Source: a virus (Duplodnaviria; Caudoviricetes). Taken from it: 43,109 nt of DNA. Position 1 is the first letter of the stretch. Each line of letters opens with the position of its first letter. Position numbers and translations under genes: made by a program. Where the stretch lies: IMG/VR virus record IMGVR_UViG_3300037483_000324, positions 1 to 43,109 of that record. The stretch is one strand, 5' to 3'. This document shows, piece by piece, positions 35,103 through 43,109 of the stretch. The notes under the pieces were generated by a model. It searched no databases. It saw only the letters and a list, made by a program, of their open reading frames with translations, and was not told the DNA's origin.

Positions 35103-36773
35103 ATGGATGATCGAGAGAAGTTAAAAAAATATAATCGTCGTTTAAGCTCGCTAAAGGCTGAGTTTGACGGATCTTGGCGTGATCACTACAAAGAGATTGC
35201 CGAGTACATTACCACTCGTAAGGGTCGGTTTTTGGAATCGGACACCGAACCGAATAAAGGGTATAAGCGCACCGAAAAGATTATTAACAATACGGCGGAA
35301 CGAGCGTTAAGTATCCTGACTGCAGGAATGTATTCCGGTCTAACGCCATCTTCCCGGCCTTGGTTTCGGCTTTCGTTGGAGGATACCGACCTATTACAGT
35401 ATCAACCGGTTAAGCGGTGGCTATCTCAGGTTCGTGATTTAATGCTGGACGTCTTGCATAAATCAAATTTTTACACGGTTGTACCGTGCGTATACGAAGA
35501 GATGGGTTGTTTTGGTATCGGTGCCATGTCTTGTGAATCGGACGATAAAACGATTGTGCGTTTTTATCCGTTTACGGTCGGCGAGTATTTTATTGCTACG
35601 GATGCTTCACTGCGCGTTAATACGTTCTATCGAGTGTTTTGGATGACCGCCGTTAACATGGTTAAGCTGTTCGGTGAAGACAAAGTGTCTAATCAAATCA
35701 AGCTGGCGGTTAAGAACGATAAAACGGAAAGTTGGCATCAAGTAGTGCACATGGTTGAAGATAACGATGATCGGATTGAAGGTAGTGAAAAATCTTCTGA
35801 CAAGCTCTGGCGCTCTGTTTACTACCCCTATAAAAACTCTGAGAACATAATTCTTAAAGAATCCGGATACGATGAGTTTCCTGTGATGGCGCCAAGGTGG
35901 AGTGTCACCGGATCGGAAGTGTATGGTAGAGGTCCGGGAATGGAAACGCTGCCGGACGTAAAGATGCTACAAAAGATGGAGGTTAAAGGGCTAAAAGCGC
36001 TTGATAAAATAGTTGATCCGCCCATGAACGCGCCAACCGATTTGCAAAAAAGAGGCGCTTCGACTATTCCGGGAACTGTAAATTATTTGGATGTGGGTGC
36101 GGGGCAACAAACATTTTCCCCGGTCTATCAGATCAATCCTAATCTGCAGGCGTTACGGTATGCTACGCGAGAAGTGGAGGATCGTATCAAGGAAGGTTTT
36201 TACTCCGATTTGTTTAAATTGGTATCAAGCTCAAGCGATACGCCACAAAAAACGGCCTATGAGATGGCAAAACGGCATGAGGAGAAGCTGCAGTTACTAG
36301 GTCCGATGGTGGAGCGGGTACAGCCGGAAATGCATAATTCGATTATAGATCGGCTTTACGCCATCATGGAACGGAAAGGCATGCTGCCTCCCACACCGGA
36401 AGAGCTAAATGGATTGCCGCTTAAGGTGGAGTATACCAGCATCCTGGCCCAGGCGCAAAAAATGATTGGAACGACCGCAATCGAACAGGTAGTTGGGTTC
36501 GTTGGCAATCTTGCCTCAATCAACCAGGAAATCATTGATAAGCTTGATTGTGACGAAACTGTGGATCAATACGCCGACATGCTTGGTGTACCGCCCGGTA
36601 TCGTAAGAGCCAATGATGAGGTAGAGCAGATACGCAAGATAAGGATGCAACGGATTCAACAGGAACAGCAGGCAATAGCAGCACAACAGACTATCGAGGG
36701 CGCTAAATCGATGTCTGAGATTAAAACCGGCGAAAACAACGCATTGACTCAACTAATGGGATCGCAAGCATGA
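35103..36773 (+). CDS. Portal (head-tail connector, T7 gp8/Bbp21-like)
   Basis: GLTPSSRPWFRL, RWSVTGSEVYGRGPG, KTAYE, LGPMVER, VEYTSILAQAQ. Confidence 0.95.
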   Translation: MDDREKLKKYNRRLSSLKAEFDGSWRDHYKEIAEYITTRKGRFLESDTEPNKGYKRTEKIINNTAERALSILTAGMYSGLTPSSRPWFRLSLEDTDLLQYQPVKRWLSQVRDLMLDVLHKSNFYTVVPCVYEEMGCFGIGAMSCESDDKTIVRFYPFTVGEYFIATDASLRVNTFYRVFWMTAVNMVKLFGEDKVSNQIKLAVKNDKTESWHQVVHMVEDNDDRIEGSEKSSDKLWRSVYYPYKNSENIILKESGYDEFPVMAPRWSVTGSEVYGRGPGMETLPDVKMLQKMEVKGLKALDKIVDPPMNAPTDLQKRGASTIPGTVNYLDVGAGQQTFSPVYQINPNLQALRYATREVEDRIKEGFYSDLFKLVSSSSDTPQKTAYEMAKRHEEKLQLLGPMVERVQPEMHNSIIDRLYAIMERKGMLPPTPEELNGLPLKVEYTSILAQAQKMIGTTAIEQVVGFVGNLASINQEIIDKLDCDETVDQYADMLGVPPGIVRANDEVEQIRKIRMQRIQQEQQAIAAQQTIEGAKSMSEIKTGENNALTQLMGSQA

Positions 36774-37081
36774 GCGAAAACGATTCAAGATATAACTCTT
36801 CCAGCGTTGAAGACGTGGAAAATCATAGATCTAAGGAAGATACAGGTCATCGGCAAACAATAAAAGACATTCAGTCAATCTTGTCTTTACCGGCTGGTGT
36901 TCGGTTTTTCAAAGACATGTTTGAGACAGGACATATTGAGGGGTCAATTTTTACAGGTAATGCTAGCACTTATTACAATTTAGGATTACGTCAGGGCACG
37001 CTTAAATACTGGAAGTTAGTAAGAGAAGCGGACCCTGAAGCCTTCACCCGAATTCTTTTGGCGATAGACAAGGATTCGTAA
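36770..37081 (+). CDS. Bbp19-like protein
   Basis: ILSLPAGVRFF..TYYNLGLRQ; ATGA-coupled to the portal gene. Confidence 0.7.
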   Translation: MSENDSRYNSSSVEDVENHRSKEDTGHRQTIKDIQSILSLPAGVRFFKDMFETGHIEGSIFTGNASTYYNLGLRQGTLKYWKLVREADPEAFTRILLAIDKDS

Positions 37082-37106
37082 CCGTTAAACGAAAAAGGAG
37101 TTAATT

Positions 37107-37748
37107 ATGGCTGGCGAAACCACAACTTTGCTGTCACAGGATAACACCGACAACAGCGGGAATCAGGGATCGACAGAACAAGCAACAAAAGTTGTAACAA
37201 CCGATCAGCAAGCCAGTACCGATCAGCAGGCCGGTACCGATCAACAGGCTGGTGCGCCGGAAGCATATGCTGATTTTAAGCTTCCGGAAGGCGCGACAAT
37301 GGATAAAGAAGCGATTAGCGCTTTTATCCCTCTTGCTAAAGAATATGGGTTGACGCAAGAGAAAGCGCAAAAGCTTGTTGATTTTTATAATGCTCAGATA
37401 AACGGCGGTTTAGCGCAACAGGAAAAATTGCTAAACGACACTGAAGCTCAATGGATCGAAAAGGCCAAGAGCCATAAAGAGTATGGCGGGCCTAAATTTC
37501 AGGAGAGTGTCGGTGTATCCAGTGGATTCGCAAAGCAGTTTTTCAATGCAGACGCATTGCAGATTTTGAGCCTGTCTAGATTGGCAAATAATCCGGATGT
37601 ATGGTCCGGTTTTGTTGCGGCAGGGAAACATGTTCAAGCGTTAACAAACAAAATTAAAGAATTAACTGGTGAGGATACGCTCATTCCTGGTGGCCAGGTA
37701 AATGACAAAAAGACCGCCTTGGATATTCGGTATCCCACGATGAAATAA
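37107..37748 (+). CDS. Capsid scaffolding protein
   Basis: Low-complexity N-terminus, APEAYADFKLPEG, GLTQEKAQKLVD, C-terminal RYP; precedes the capsid gene. Confidence 0.8.
   Translation: MAGETTTLLSQDNTDNSGNQGSTEQATKVVTTDQQASTDQQAGTDQQAGAPEAYADFKLPEGATMDKEAISAFIPLAKEYGLTQEKAQKLVDFYNAQINGGLAQQEKLLNDTEAQWIEKAKSHKEYGGPKFQESVGVSSGFAKQFFNADALQILSLSRLANNPDVWSGFVAAGKHVQALTNKIKELTGEDTLIPGGQVNDKKTALDIRYPTMK
37200..37253 (+). repeat. Tandem 18-bp repeat x3 (TDQQA[S/G])
   Basis: Units at 37200, 37218, 37236. Confidence 0.85.
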
Positions 37749-37763
37749 CAAGGAGATTAATCA

Positions 37764-38774
37764 ATGACAACCGTAGGCGATCAGTATATGACTTTAACCG
37801 ATTACGCAAATCGGCTTGACCCGAACGGCGCAATCGCTGAAATTGCGGAAGTTTTGCAAGAAACAAACGAGATTCTAGACGACATGATCTGGAAGGAAGG
37901 AAACTTGACAACCGGCGAGAAACACACAATTCGGACCGGTCTTCCTTCCGTTACATGGCGCGAATTGTATGGAGGCATTCAACCATCAAAATCAACGACT
38001 CGACAAGTCGTTGATACGTGCGGTGCGATCGAAGCCTTGTCTAAAGTCGATGTCGGACTGATCGAGTTGAGCGCAAACGAGAAAGCCACACGGGCGACCG
38101 AAGATGACGCGTTTGTCGAATCGATGTCTCAGGAATTGGGAACGTCGTTGTTTTACTACTCAATAAAAACAGATCCGGAAAAAATTACTGGTTTTACACC
38201 GCGCTACAACCAATTGCCGACTCTCGCGAAACACGATGATTTCAGGGACAACGTGATTACCGGGGCCGGTTCCGGTTCGGTTAATACGTCAATTTGGTTG
38301 TTGTGCTGGGGTCCGCGGTCCGTGTTCGGTATTTTCCCCAAGAACACCAAAATCGGGTTGCAGCAGGAAGATTTAGGAAAACAGCTTGTTACCGCTGACG
38401 GCGGCGGCGAGTACCTGGCGTATGTCACCCATTTTAAATGGCTGGTTGGTTTGGCTATTAAAAACTGGAAGTACGTTGCCCGGATTTGCAATATCGACGT
38501 AACGACTTTGAAAGAAGATTTGTCTTCTGGCGCTGACATTATTAAGCTGATGATCAAGGCGTACTACAAGATTCCGCGGGCGAACCAGGGTAGTAAGATG
38601 GTGTTTTACGCTAATAACACGATCGCTGAGTTTCTGCATCAACAAGCGCGGAACAAGACCAACGTGAATTTGACGCTGGACACAGTTGACGGCAAACCCA
38701 TCACCAAATGTCTCGGTATCCCGATTAAGCGGTGTGATGCGCTCTTGAATACCGAATCGGCTGTTGCCGCGTAA
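37764..38774 (+). CDS. Major capsid protein (BPP-1 Bbp17 / epsilon15 gp7 family)
   Basis: L.ETNEILDD..EGN..TG..IRTGLP, SKSTT, NTSIWL, GLAIKNWKYVARICNID, GIPIKRCDALLNTE. Confidence 0.93.
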   Translation: MTTVGDQYMTLTDYANRLDPNGAIAEIAEVLQETNEILDDMIWKEGNLTTGEKHTIRTGLPSVTWRELYGGIQPSKSTTRQVVDTCGAIEALSKVDVGLIELSANEKATRATEDDAFVESMSQELGTSLFYYSIKTDPEKITGFTPRYNQLPTLAKHDDFRDNVITGAGSGSVNTSIWLLCWGPRSVFGIFPKNTKIGLQQEDLGKQLVTADGGGEYLAYVTHFKWLVGLAIKNWKYVARICNIDVTTLKEDLSSGADIIKLMIKAYYKIPRANQGSKMVFYANNTIAEFLHQQARNKTNVNLTLDTVDGKPITKCLGIPIKRCDALLNTESAVAA

Positions 38775-38828
38775 ACACATGATAATGAGTTGGTGATTTA
38801 AAAACGTTTAAAACGTGGAGAGAAAAGC

Positions 38829-39227
38829 ATGATTTTAAGTAAAGAAGATAAGTTTTCGGATGATCAGGCGGTTACCGTTACGGTGGCGTCCACCAATGTT
38901 ATTGATTTTGGTACGGCGGAATCCGGCGATGGTACCGTTAAAGAACTGGTCGTTCAGGTAACTGAGGATTTTACCGCTGCAGGAGCTGCAACGTTGGGCG
39001 TCAAGGTACAAACCTCGGTTGATGAAGTGTTTTCGTCACCGATTGACGTTGTCGATCTCGGTACCATTGCCAAGGAAACCTTGATTGCCGGGTATCGGTT
39101 TCCGATCAGAGCGTTGCCACACGGTATGAAGCGCTGGGGCCGGTTGTACTACACGGTAACAACCGGTCCGATGACTGCCGGTAAGATTAATGCCGGTATC
39201 GCGTTGGATGCTCAAACTAACGGCTAA
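38829..39227 (+). CDS. Capsid cement protein (Bbp16-like)
   Basis: MIL....FSDDQAVT...ASTNVID, RWGRLYYTVTTGPMTAGKINAGI. Confidence 0.85.
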   Translation: MILSKEDKFSDDQAVTVTVASTNVIDFGTAESGDGTVKELVVQVTEDFTAAGAATLGVKVQTSVDEVFSSPIDVVDLGTIAKETLIAGYRFPIRALPHGMKRWGRLYYTVTTGPMTAGKINAGIALDAQTNG

Positions 39228-39274
39228 ACGTCGTTTGCTTTTAACGTTAAACAAAGGAGGTAATTCTTGTGGCA

Positions 39275-39619
39275 ATGAAACGATTTAGGCCAAAAGTGGA
39301 GTGTTTTCACGATGGTCGGTATTGGACACCGTACCGAGATCAGGTGTTGGTGGCTGAAAAAGCGCCAGTCCATTTCGAAGAAATCGGAAAGGGAGTTGGT
39401 AAGAAAGATTTTAAAGAAAGGGCTGACACTATGTCCAAAGAAGAGCGATTGGCTGAGATTATGGTGGCGGTAGGAAAGCTCGATAAAAATAATAAAGAGC
39501 TTTGGACGGGTGACGGAAAATTGAAGGTGGAAGCTGTAGAACAGGCTGTTCGGTTTGTTACGACACGTAAAGAGGTCGAAGATGCTTTGCGGCTTCAATC
39601 GCAAACGGATTTATTATAA
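39275..39619 (+). CDS. Hypothetical head-associated protein
   Basis: AGGAGG SD (GTG 39269 or ATG 39275); C-terminal LD..NKELWTGDGKLKVEAV small helical domain. Confidence 0.65.
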   Translation: MKRFRPKVECFHDGRYWTPYRDQVLVAEKAPVHFEEIGKGVGKKDFKERADTMSKEERLAEIMVAVGKLDKNNKELWTGDGKLKVEAVEQAVRFVTTRKEVEDALRLQSQTDLL

Positions 39620-39630
39620 TCGTTAACCGT

Positions 39631-39659
39631 GAAAAGGGCTTCGGCCCTTTTCGCATTTA
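39631..39659 (+). terminator. Intrinsic terminator between head and tail genes
   Basis: GAAAAGGGC-TTCG-GCCCTTTTC stem with C(UUCG)G tetraloop, T-rich 3' side. Confidence 0.8.
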
Positions 39660-39671
39660 TTGGTTAAAGAA

Positions 39672-40262
39672 ATGGGTGTTTCAGTAGTTGGTATCTGTAA
39701 TCTAGCGTTGTCGCACCTTAGTGCAGATTTAATTAATTCGCTATCGGACGCAACGAAAGAAGCAAGACAGTGTAATTTACTTTACGAATCTGCTAGAGAT
39801 TTTGTTTTGCAAGACCATCCTTGGGGATTTTCAGAGCGACGAGTAGAACTATCGTTATTAAGTGAACAGCCGATTGGGTATTCCTATGCGTATCAGTACC
39901 CGACCGAGTGTTTACTTGCACGAAAGATTTATCAAGAAATCAAAACCGCAAAACCTATTAACTTTGAAGAGCAAATACAGGAAAACCTGACTAGCCGCAT
40001 GATTGTAACCGATCAAGCTGACGCGGTCTTGGTTTACACGGCTAAAATAACGGATACGAACGTTTTTTCCCCGGTATTTACGACAACGCTGTCCTGGAAA
40101 TTAGCCTCCGATTTGGCTAAACCGATAACAGGTAAGGCCAGTGTTAGCCTTGCCATGCTTCAAATCTACAACGCGTATCGAAACCGCGCTGTTATTGCCG
40201 ACGCTACCGAAAGCCGTAGTAGCGTTGAAACGGAAAACGATTTTATTAAGGCCCGATCATGA
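39672..40262 (+). CDS. Tail adaptor / tail tubular protein A
   Basis: SVVGICNLALSHL, YESARD..L..HPWGF, YAYQYPTECL, LASDLA.PITG. Confidence 0.88.
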   Translation: MGVSVVGICNLALSHLSADLINSLSDATKEARQCNLLYESARDFVLQDHPWGFSERRVELSLLSEQPIGYSYAYQYPTECLLARKIYQEIKTAKPINFEEQIQENLTSRMIVTDQADAVLVYTAKITDTNVFSPVFTTTLSWKLASDLAKPITGKASVSLAMLQIYNAYRNRAVIADATESRSSVETENDFIKARS

Positions 40263-43109
40263 CTTTTGTTAATCAAGCTGCTTTTACGAGCGGAGAATTA
40301 ACGCCGTCGTTACATGCGCGGGTTGATTTAGAAGGATATCATAGCGGCGCAAAACTGTTGAAAAACTTTATTGTTCATGCGCATGGAGGGGCTAGTAATC
40401 GGGCCGGAACTTATTTTGTCGGTGAAGTGTTCGATTCGACCCGTAGGTCATTGCTCGTACCGTTTCAGTTTTCTGTGATTCAGGCGTATGTACTGGAATT
40501 TAGTCACTACAAAATGCGTATTTTGAAAGACGGCGGTATTGTCGTAAACGCCGGTGTTCCGGTCGAGGTTATAACTCCTTGGGCTGAATCCGATTTAGAC
40601 GATTTGTATTTCGCGCAAAGTGCAGACGTCTTGTACGTTGTGCATCCTAATTTTCCAATCAGGAAAATATCTCGTACTTCTCACATTGATTGGAGTATCA
40701 GCGTTATTAATTTTGTAGACGGTCCCTACGCTTCCGTCAGCGCGTTTGTTTGGGACACTCAGGATGTCGTGTTTTCTCCGGATAGTTGTTACTCCGATGT
40801 TAATTGGATTCAGAAAGCAGCCCAGATCGGGGCGGAAACCGACATTCGTAGCCTGCTTGAGTTTAACGGTGAACTCTATGGCGGTATCGCGCCTAATGGT
40901 CTGCTTGTAAAATGGAACGGCGTGGATGCCTGGATTCAGAAAGCAGCCCAGATCGGGGCGGAAACCTACATTTTTAACCTGCTTGAATATAACGGTGAAC
41001 TCTATGGCGGTACCTATCCCAATGGTCTGCTTGTAAAATGGAACGGCGTGGATGCCTGGATTCAGAAAGCAGCTCAGATCGGGGCGGAAACCCACATTCT
41101 TAGCTTGCTTGAGTTTAACGGTGAACTCTATGGCGGTACCGCGCCTAATGGTCTGCTTGTAAAATGGAACGGCGTGGATGCCTGGATTCAGAAAGCAGCC
41201 CAGATCGGGGCGGAAACCGACATTCGTAGCCTGCTTGAGTTTAACGGTGAACTCTATGGCGGTACCGCGCCTAATGGTCTGCTTGTAAAATGGAACGGCG
41301 TGGATGCCTGGATTCAGAAAGCAGCCCAGATCGGGGCGGAAACCCACATTCTTAACCTGCTTGAATATAACGGTGAACTCTATGGCGGTACCTATCCCAA
41401 TGGTCTGCTTGTAAAATGGAACGGCGTGGATGCCTGGATTCAGAAAGCAGCCCAGATCGGGGCGGAAACCGACATTCGTAACCTGCTTGAATATAACGGT
41501 GAACTCTATGGCGGTACCGCGCCTAATGGTCTGCTTGTAAAATGGAACGGCGTGGATGCCTGGATTCAGAAAGCAGCCCAGATCGGGGCGGAAACCTACA
41601 TTCTTAACCTGCTTGAGTTTAACGGTGAACTCTATGGCGGTACCGCGCCTAATGGTCTGCTTGTAAAATGGAACGGCGTCTTGTTAAGTTCTCCAAATGA
41701 TGTTTTTAACGCTTCAATGGCCGGTCAAAGAGTCCGTCTAGGCTATTTCGATCCTGAAGACAGCGCCAACATGTCTTGGCGAATTGGTGAAATAGTCGCA
41801 TATAAAGACGCTAAGAACGTTCGCGTTGATTTTCAATCTTATCGGGAAGTGCTTGGACATTGTTTCGTTAAAAACCATCGGTTTTACGAAGGCTTGGCGG
41901 AATGGCAGGACTATTCAGCGGGGGGAACTGTTAAGTTTCAAACAGGCCTGTTCGTTAGGCTAACGCATGGTACTGGAAAAGCAGACATGCGACAGGAAGT
42001 GGCAGTCATGAAAAATAGTAGCGTGAGTCTGGTTTTCCATGTCGCTAACATTCCTGCTCCCGCAACGGTTAGGGTTCTTGTTGGTATAACAAGCGGTGGT
42101 GCTGAGTTAGTAACGGCCATAACGCGTACTACAGTTGGCGCTTCTATTGCGAGTTTCAATACCGGTGCCAACAATATGATTTACGTTACGGTCGACACAA
42201 CCGGGTCTGCTTCCGGAAACACAGCGGATATCGCAATGGTGGCGATTGTGTTGAATCAGAAGGAAACCAATCAATGGCGTGTTCCGGCTTGGACGAACGC
42301 AACCGGATACCCGCGCGTAGTTACGTTTTTCGAACAACGGTTGGTGTTTGGATCTTCGGTTGAAGAGCCGCAAACGTTTTGGCTTTCAAGAACGGGAGAT
42401 TACGAAAATTTTGGGTTTAATTCTCCGATACAAGATGACGATTCATTTCAGTTTGTTTTGGCGTCGCGGCAACTAAATGATATTAGATGGCTCGTTGCCT
42501 TTTCTGAGTTGGTAGCCGGTACTTCTGGTGCCGAATGGGCAATTTCAAGAAGTAAAGATGCGATAGCGCTGACGCCTACTTCAATTTACGCGAGATCACA
42601 GTCGTATCTAGGTTCTGCTGATTTAGCGCCTATCATCATAAACAGTTCGATCGTGTTTGTTCAGCGCGGCAGTAACGTCGTTCAGGATTTAACTTATTCG
42701 CTGGAAAAAGACGGCTACATTTCACAGAATCTTTCTATTACGTCCGAACACCTTTTTAAAGGTAAACAAATAGTTAGCTGGGACTATGCGCGTAATCCCG
42801 ATTCTATTGTATGGTGTGTATTAAACGATGGAACACTGGTCGGTATGACTTACGTTAAAGAGCAAAAGATTTGGGCTTGGCACCACCATGAGACGGACGG
42901 TCAGTTTGAAAGGGTGTGCGTTGTACCTGGCGAAGGGGCTTCAGACGACGTCTATTTCGTCGTAAAACGAATAGTTGGCGGCGTTGGTTCATGGATTCAG
43001 AAAGCAGCCCAGATCGGGGCGGAAACCGACATTCGTAGCCTGCTTGAGTTTAACGGTGAACTCTATGGCGGTATCGCGCCTAATGGTCTGCTTGTAAAAT
43101 GGAACGGCG
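40259..43109 (+). CDS. Tail nozzle / tail tubular protein B, N-terminal part (not in ORF track; continues into 1..698, 1182 aa as assembled)
   Basis: ATGA overlap with adaptor stop. MTFVNQAAFTSGELTPSLHARVDL..NFIVHAHGGASNRAGT, AQSADVLYVVHP, GYPRVVTFFEQRLVF, WLSRTGDYENF, AWHHHETDG; no stop found by manual translation. Confidence 0.92.
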   Translation, partial: MTFVNQAAFTSGELTPSLHARVDLEGYHSGAKLLKNFIVHAHGGASNRAGTYFVGEVFDSTRRSLLVPFQFSVIQAYVLEFSHYKMRILKDGGIVVNAGVPVEVITPWAESDLDDLYFAQSADVLYVVHPNFPIRKISRTSHIDWSISVINFVDGPYASVSAFVWDTQDVVFSPDSCYSDVNWIQKAAQIGAETDIRSLLEFNGELYGGIAPNGLLVKWNGVDAWIQKAAQIGAETYIFNLLEYNGELYGGTYPNGLLVKWNGVDAWIQKAAQIGAETHILSLLEFNGELYGGTAPNGLLVKWNGVDAWIQKAAQIGAETDIRSLLEFNGELYGGTAPNGLLVKWNGVDAWIQKAAQIGAETHILNLLEYNGELYGGTYPNGLLVKWNGVDAWIQKAAQIGAETDIRNLLEYNGELYGGTAPNGLLVKWNGVDAWIQKAAQIGAETYILNLLEFNGELYGGTAPNGLLVKWNGVLLSSPNDVFNASMAGQRVRLGYFDPEDSANMSWRIGEIVAYKDAKNVRVDFQSYREVLGHCFVKNHRFYEGLAEWQDYSAGGTVKFQTGLFVRLTHGTGKADMRQEVAVMKNSSVSLVFHVANIPAPATVRVLVGITSGGAELVTAITRTTVGASIASFNTGANNMIYVTVDTTGSASGNTADIAMVAIVLNQKETNQWRVPAWTNATGYPRVVTFFEQRLVFGSSVEEPQTFWLSRTGDYENFGFNSPIQDDDSFQFVLASRQLNDIRWLVAFSELVAGTSGAEWAISRSKDAIALTPTSIYARSQSYLGSADLAPIIINSSIVFVQRGSNVVQDLTYSLEKDGYISQNLSITSEHLFKGKQIVSWDYARNPDSIVWCVLNDGTLVGMTYVKEQKIWAWHHHETDGQFERVCVVPGEGASDDVYFVVKRIVGGVGSWIQKAAQIGAETDIRSLLEFNGELYGGIAPNGLLVKWNG
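40805..41680 (+). repeat. Tandem 126-bp (42-aa) repeat x7, predicted 7-bladed beta-propeller insert
   Basis: Units start 40805, 40931, 41057, 41183, 41309, 41435, 41561; consensus WIQKAAQIGAETxIxxLLExNGELYGGxxPNGLLVKWNGVDA. Confidence 0.95.
42992..43109 (+). repeat. First 126-bp unit of second nozzle repeat array (runs off the window end)
   Basis: Identical to unit 1 of the first array, including the ATC-GCG variant otherwise unique to it. Confidence 0.95.

Larger units (their letters stand above)
1..43109. mobile_element. Temperate podophage genome (BPP-1/epsilon15-like virion module), circularly permuted, apparently the excised form with intact attP
   Basis: Full set of head, tail, lysis, replication, integration and switch genes and no host housekeeping genes. 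The window end (...tggaacggcg) joins the start (tggatgcc...) in frame within one gene and one repeat unit. Confidence 0.93.

Noticed and set aside
40595-41347. 250-aa minus-strand ORF with 42-aa repeats
   Set aside because: Antisense shadow of the nozzle repeats; some units carry stops in this frame.
40805-41680. 126-bp repeats as TR/VR of a diversity-generating retroelement (variants GAC/TAC/CAC, AGC/AAC, ATC/ACC could derive from AAC)
   Set aside because: No reverse transcriptase or Avd recognised in the genome, no A-rich template copy, and many adenines (AAC, AAA, GAA codons) are invariant in all units.
40805-41680. CRISPR array
   Set aside because: Contiguous in-frame coding repeats with no unique spacers; no cas operon.

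Overview
The window looks like a complete or near-complete, circularly permuted ~43 kb genome of a temperate podophage. Its virion module is of the BPP-1/epsilon15/T7-supergroup type: terminase, portal, scaffold, major capsid protein, Bbp16-like cement, tail adaptor, nozzle, gp13-like protein, three ejection proteins and a tail fibre. It also carries a tyrosine integrase with a tRNA-derived attP and a leftward early/replication operon (family A DNA polymerase, DUF2815 SSB, DUF2800 nuclease, SNF2 helicase, Topo VI-A-like protein, DHH phosphoesterase). A CI/Cro-like switch, a Prim-Pol/helicase with a downstream iteron/palindrome origin, a RuvC-like resolvase and a membrane-anchored lytic transglycosylase complete the picture. 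The ORF track misses the tail nozzle gene, which starts at 40259 and runs in frame across the window end into 1..698. The most unusual element lies in that gene: a cassette of near-identical 126-bp (42-aa) repeats, seven copies at one site and at least two at a second site. The few variable codons are reassorted between copies and map to the predicted ligand-binding face of a beta-propeller. This suggests a recombination-based, RT-independent way of varying receptor specificity in a phage group whose model member uses a DGR. All family assignments come from motif recognition by eye; no searches were run.
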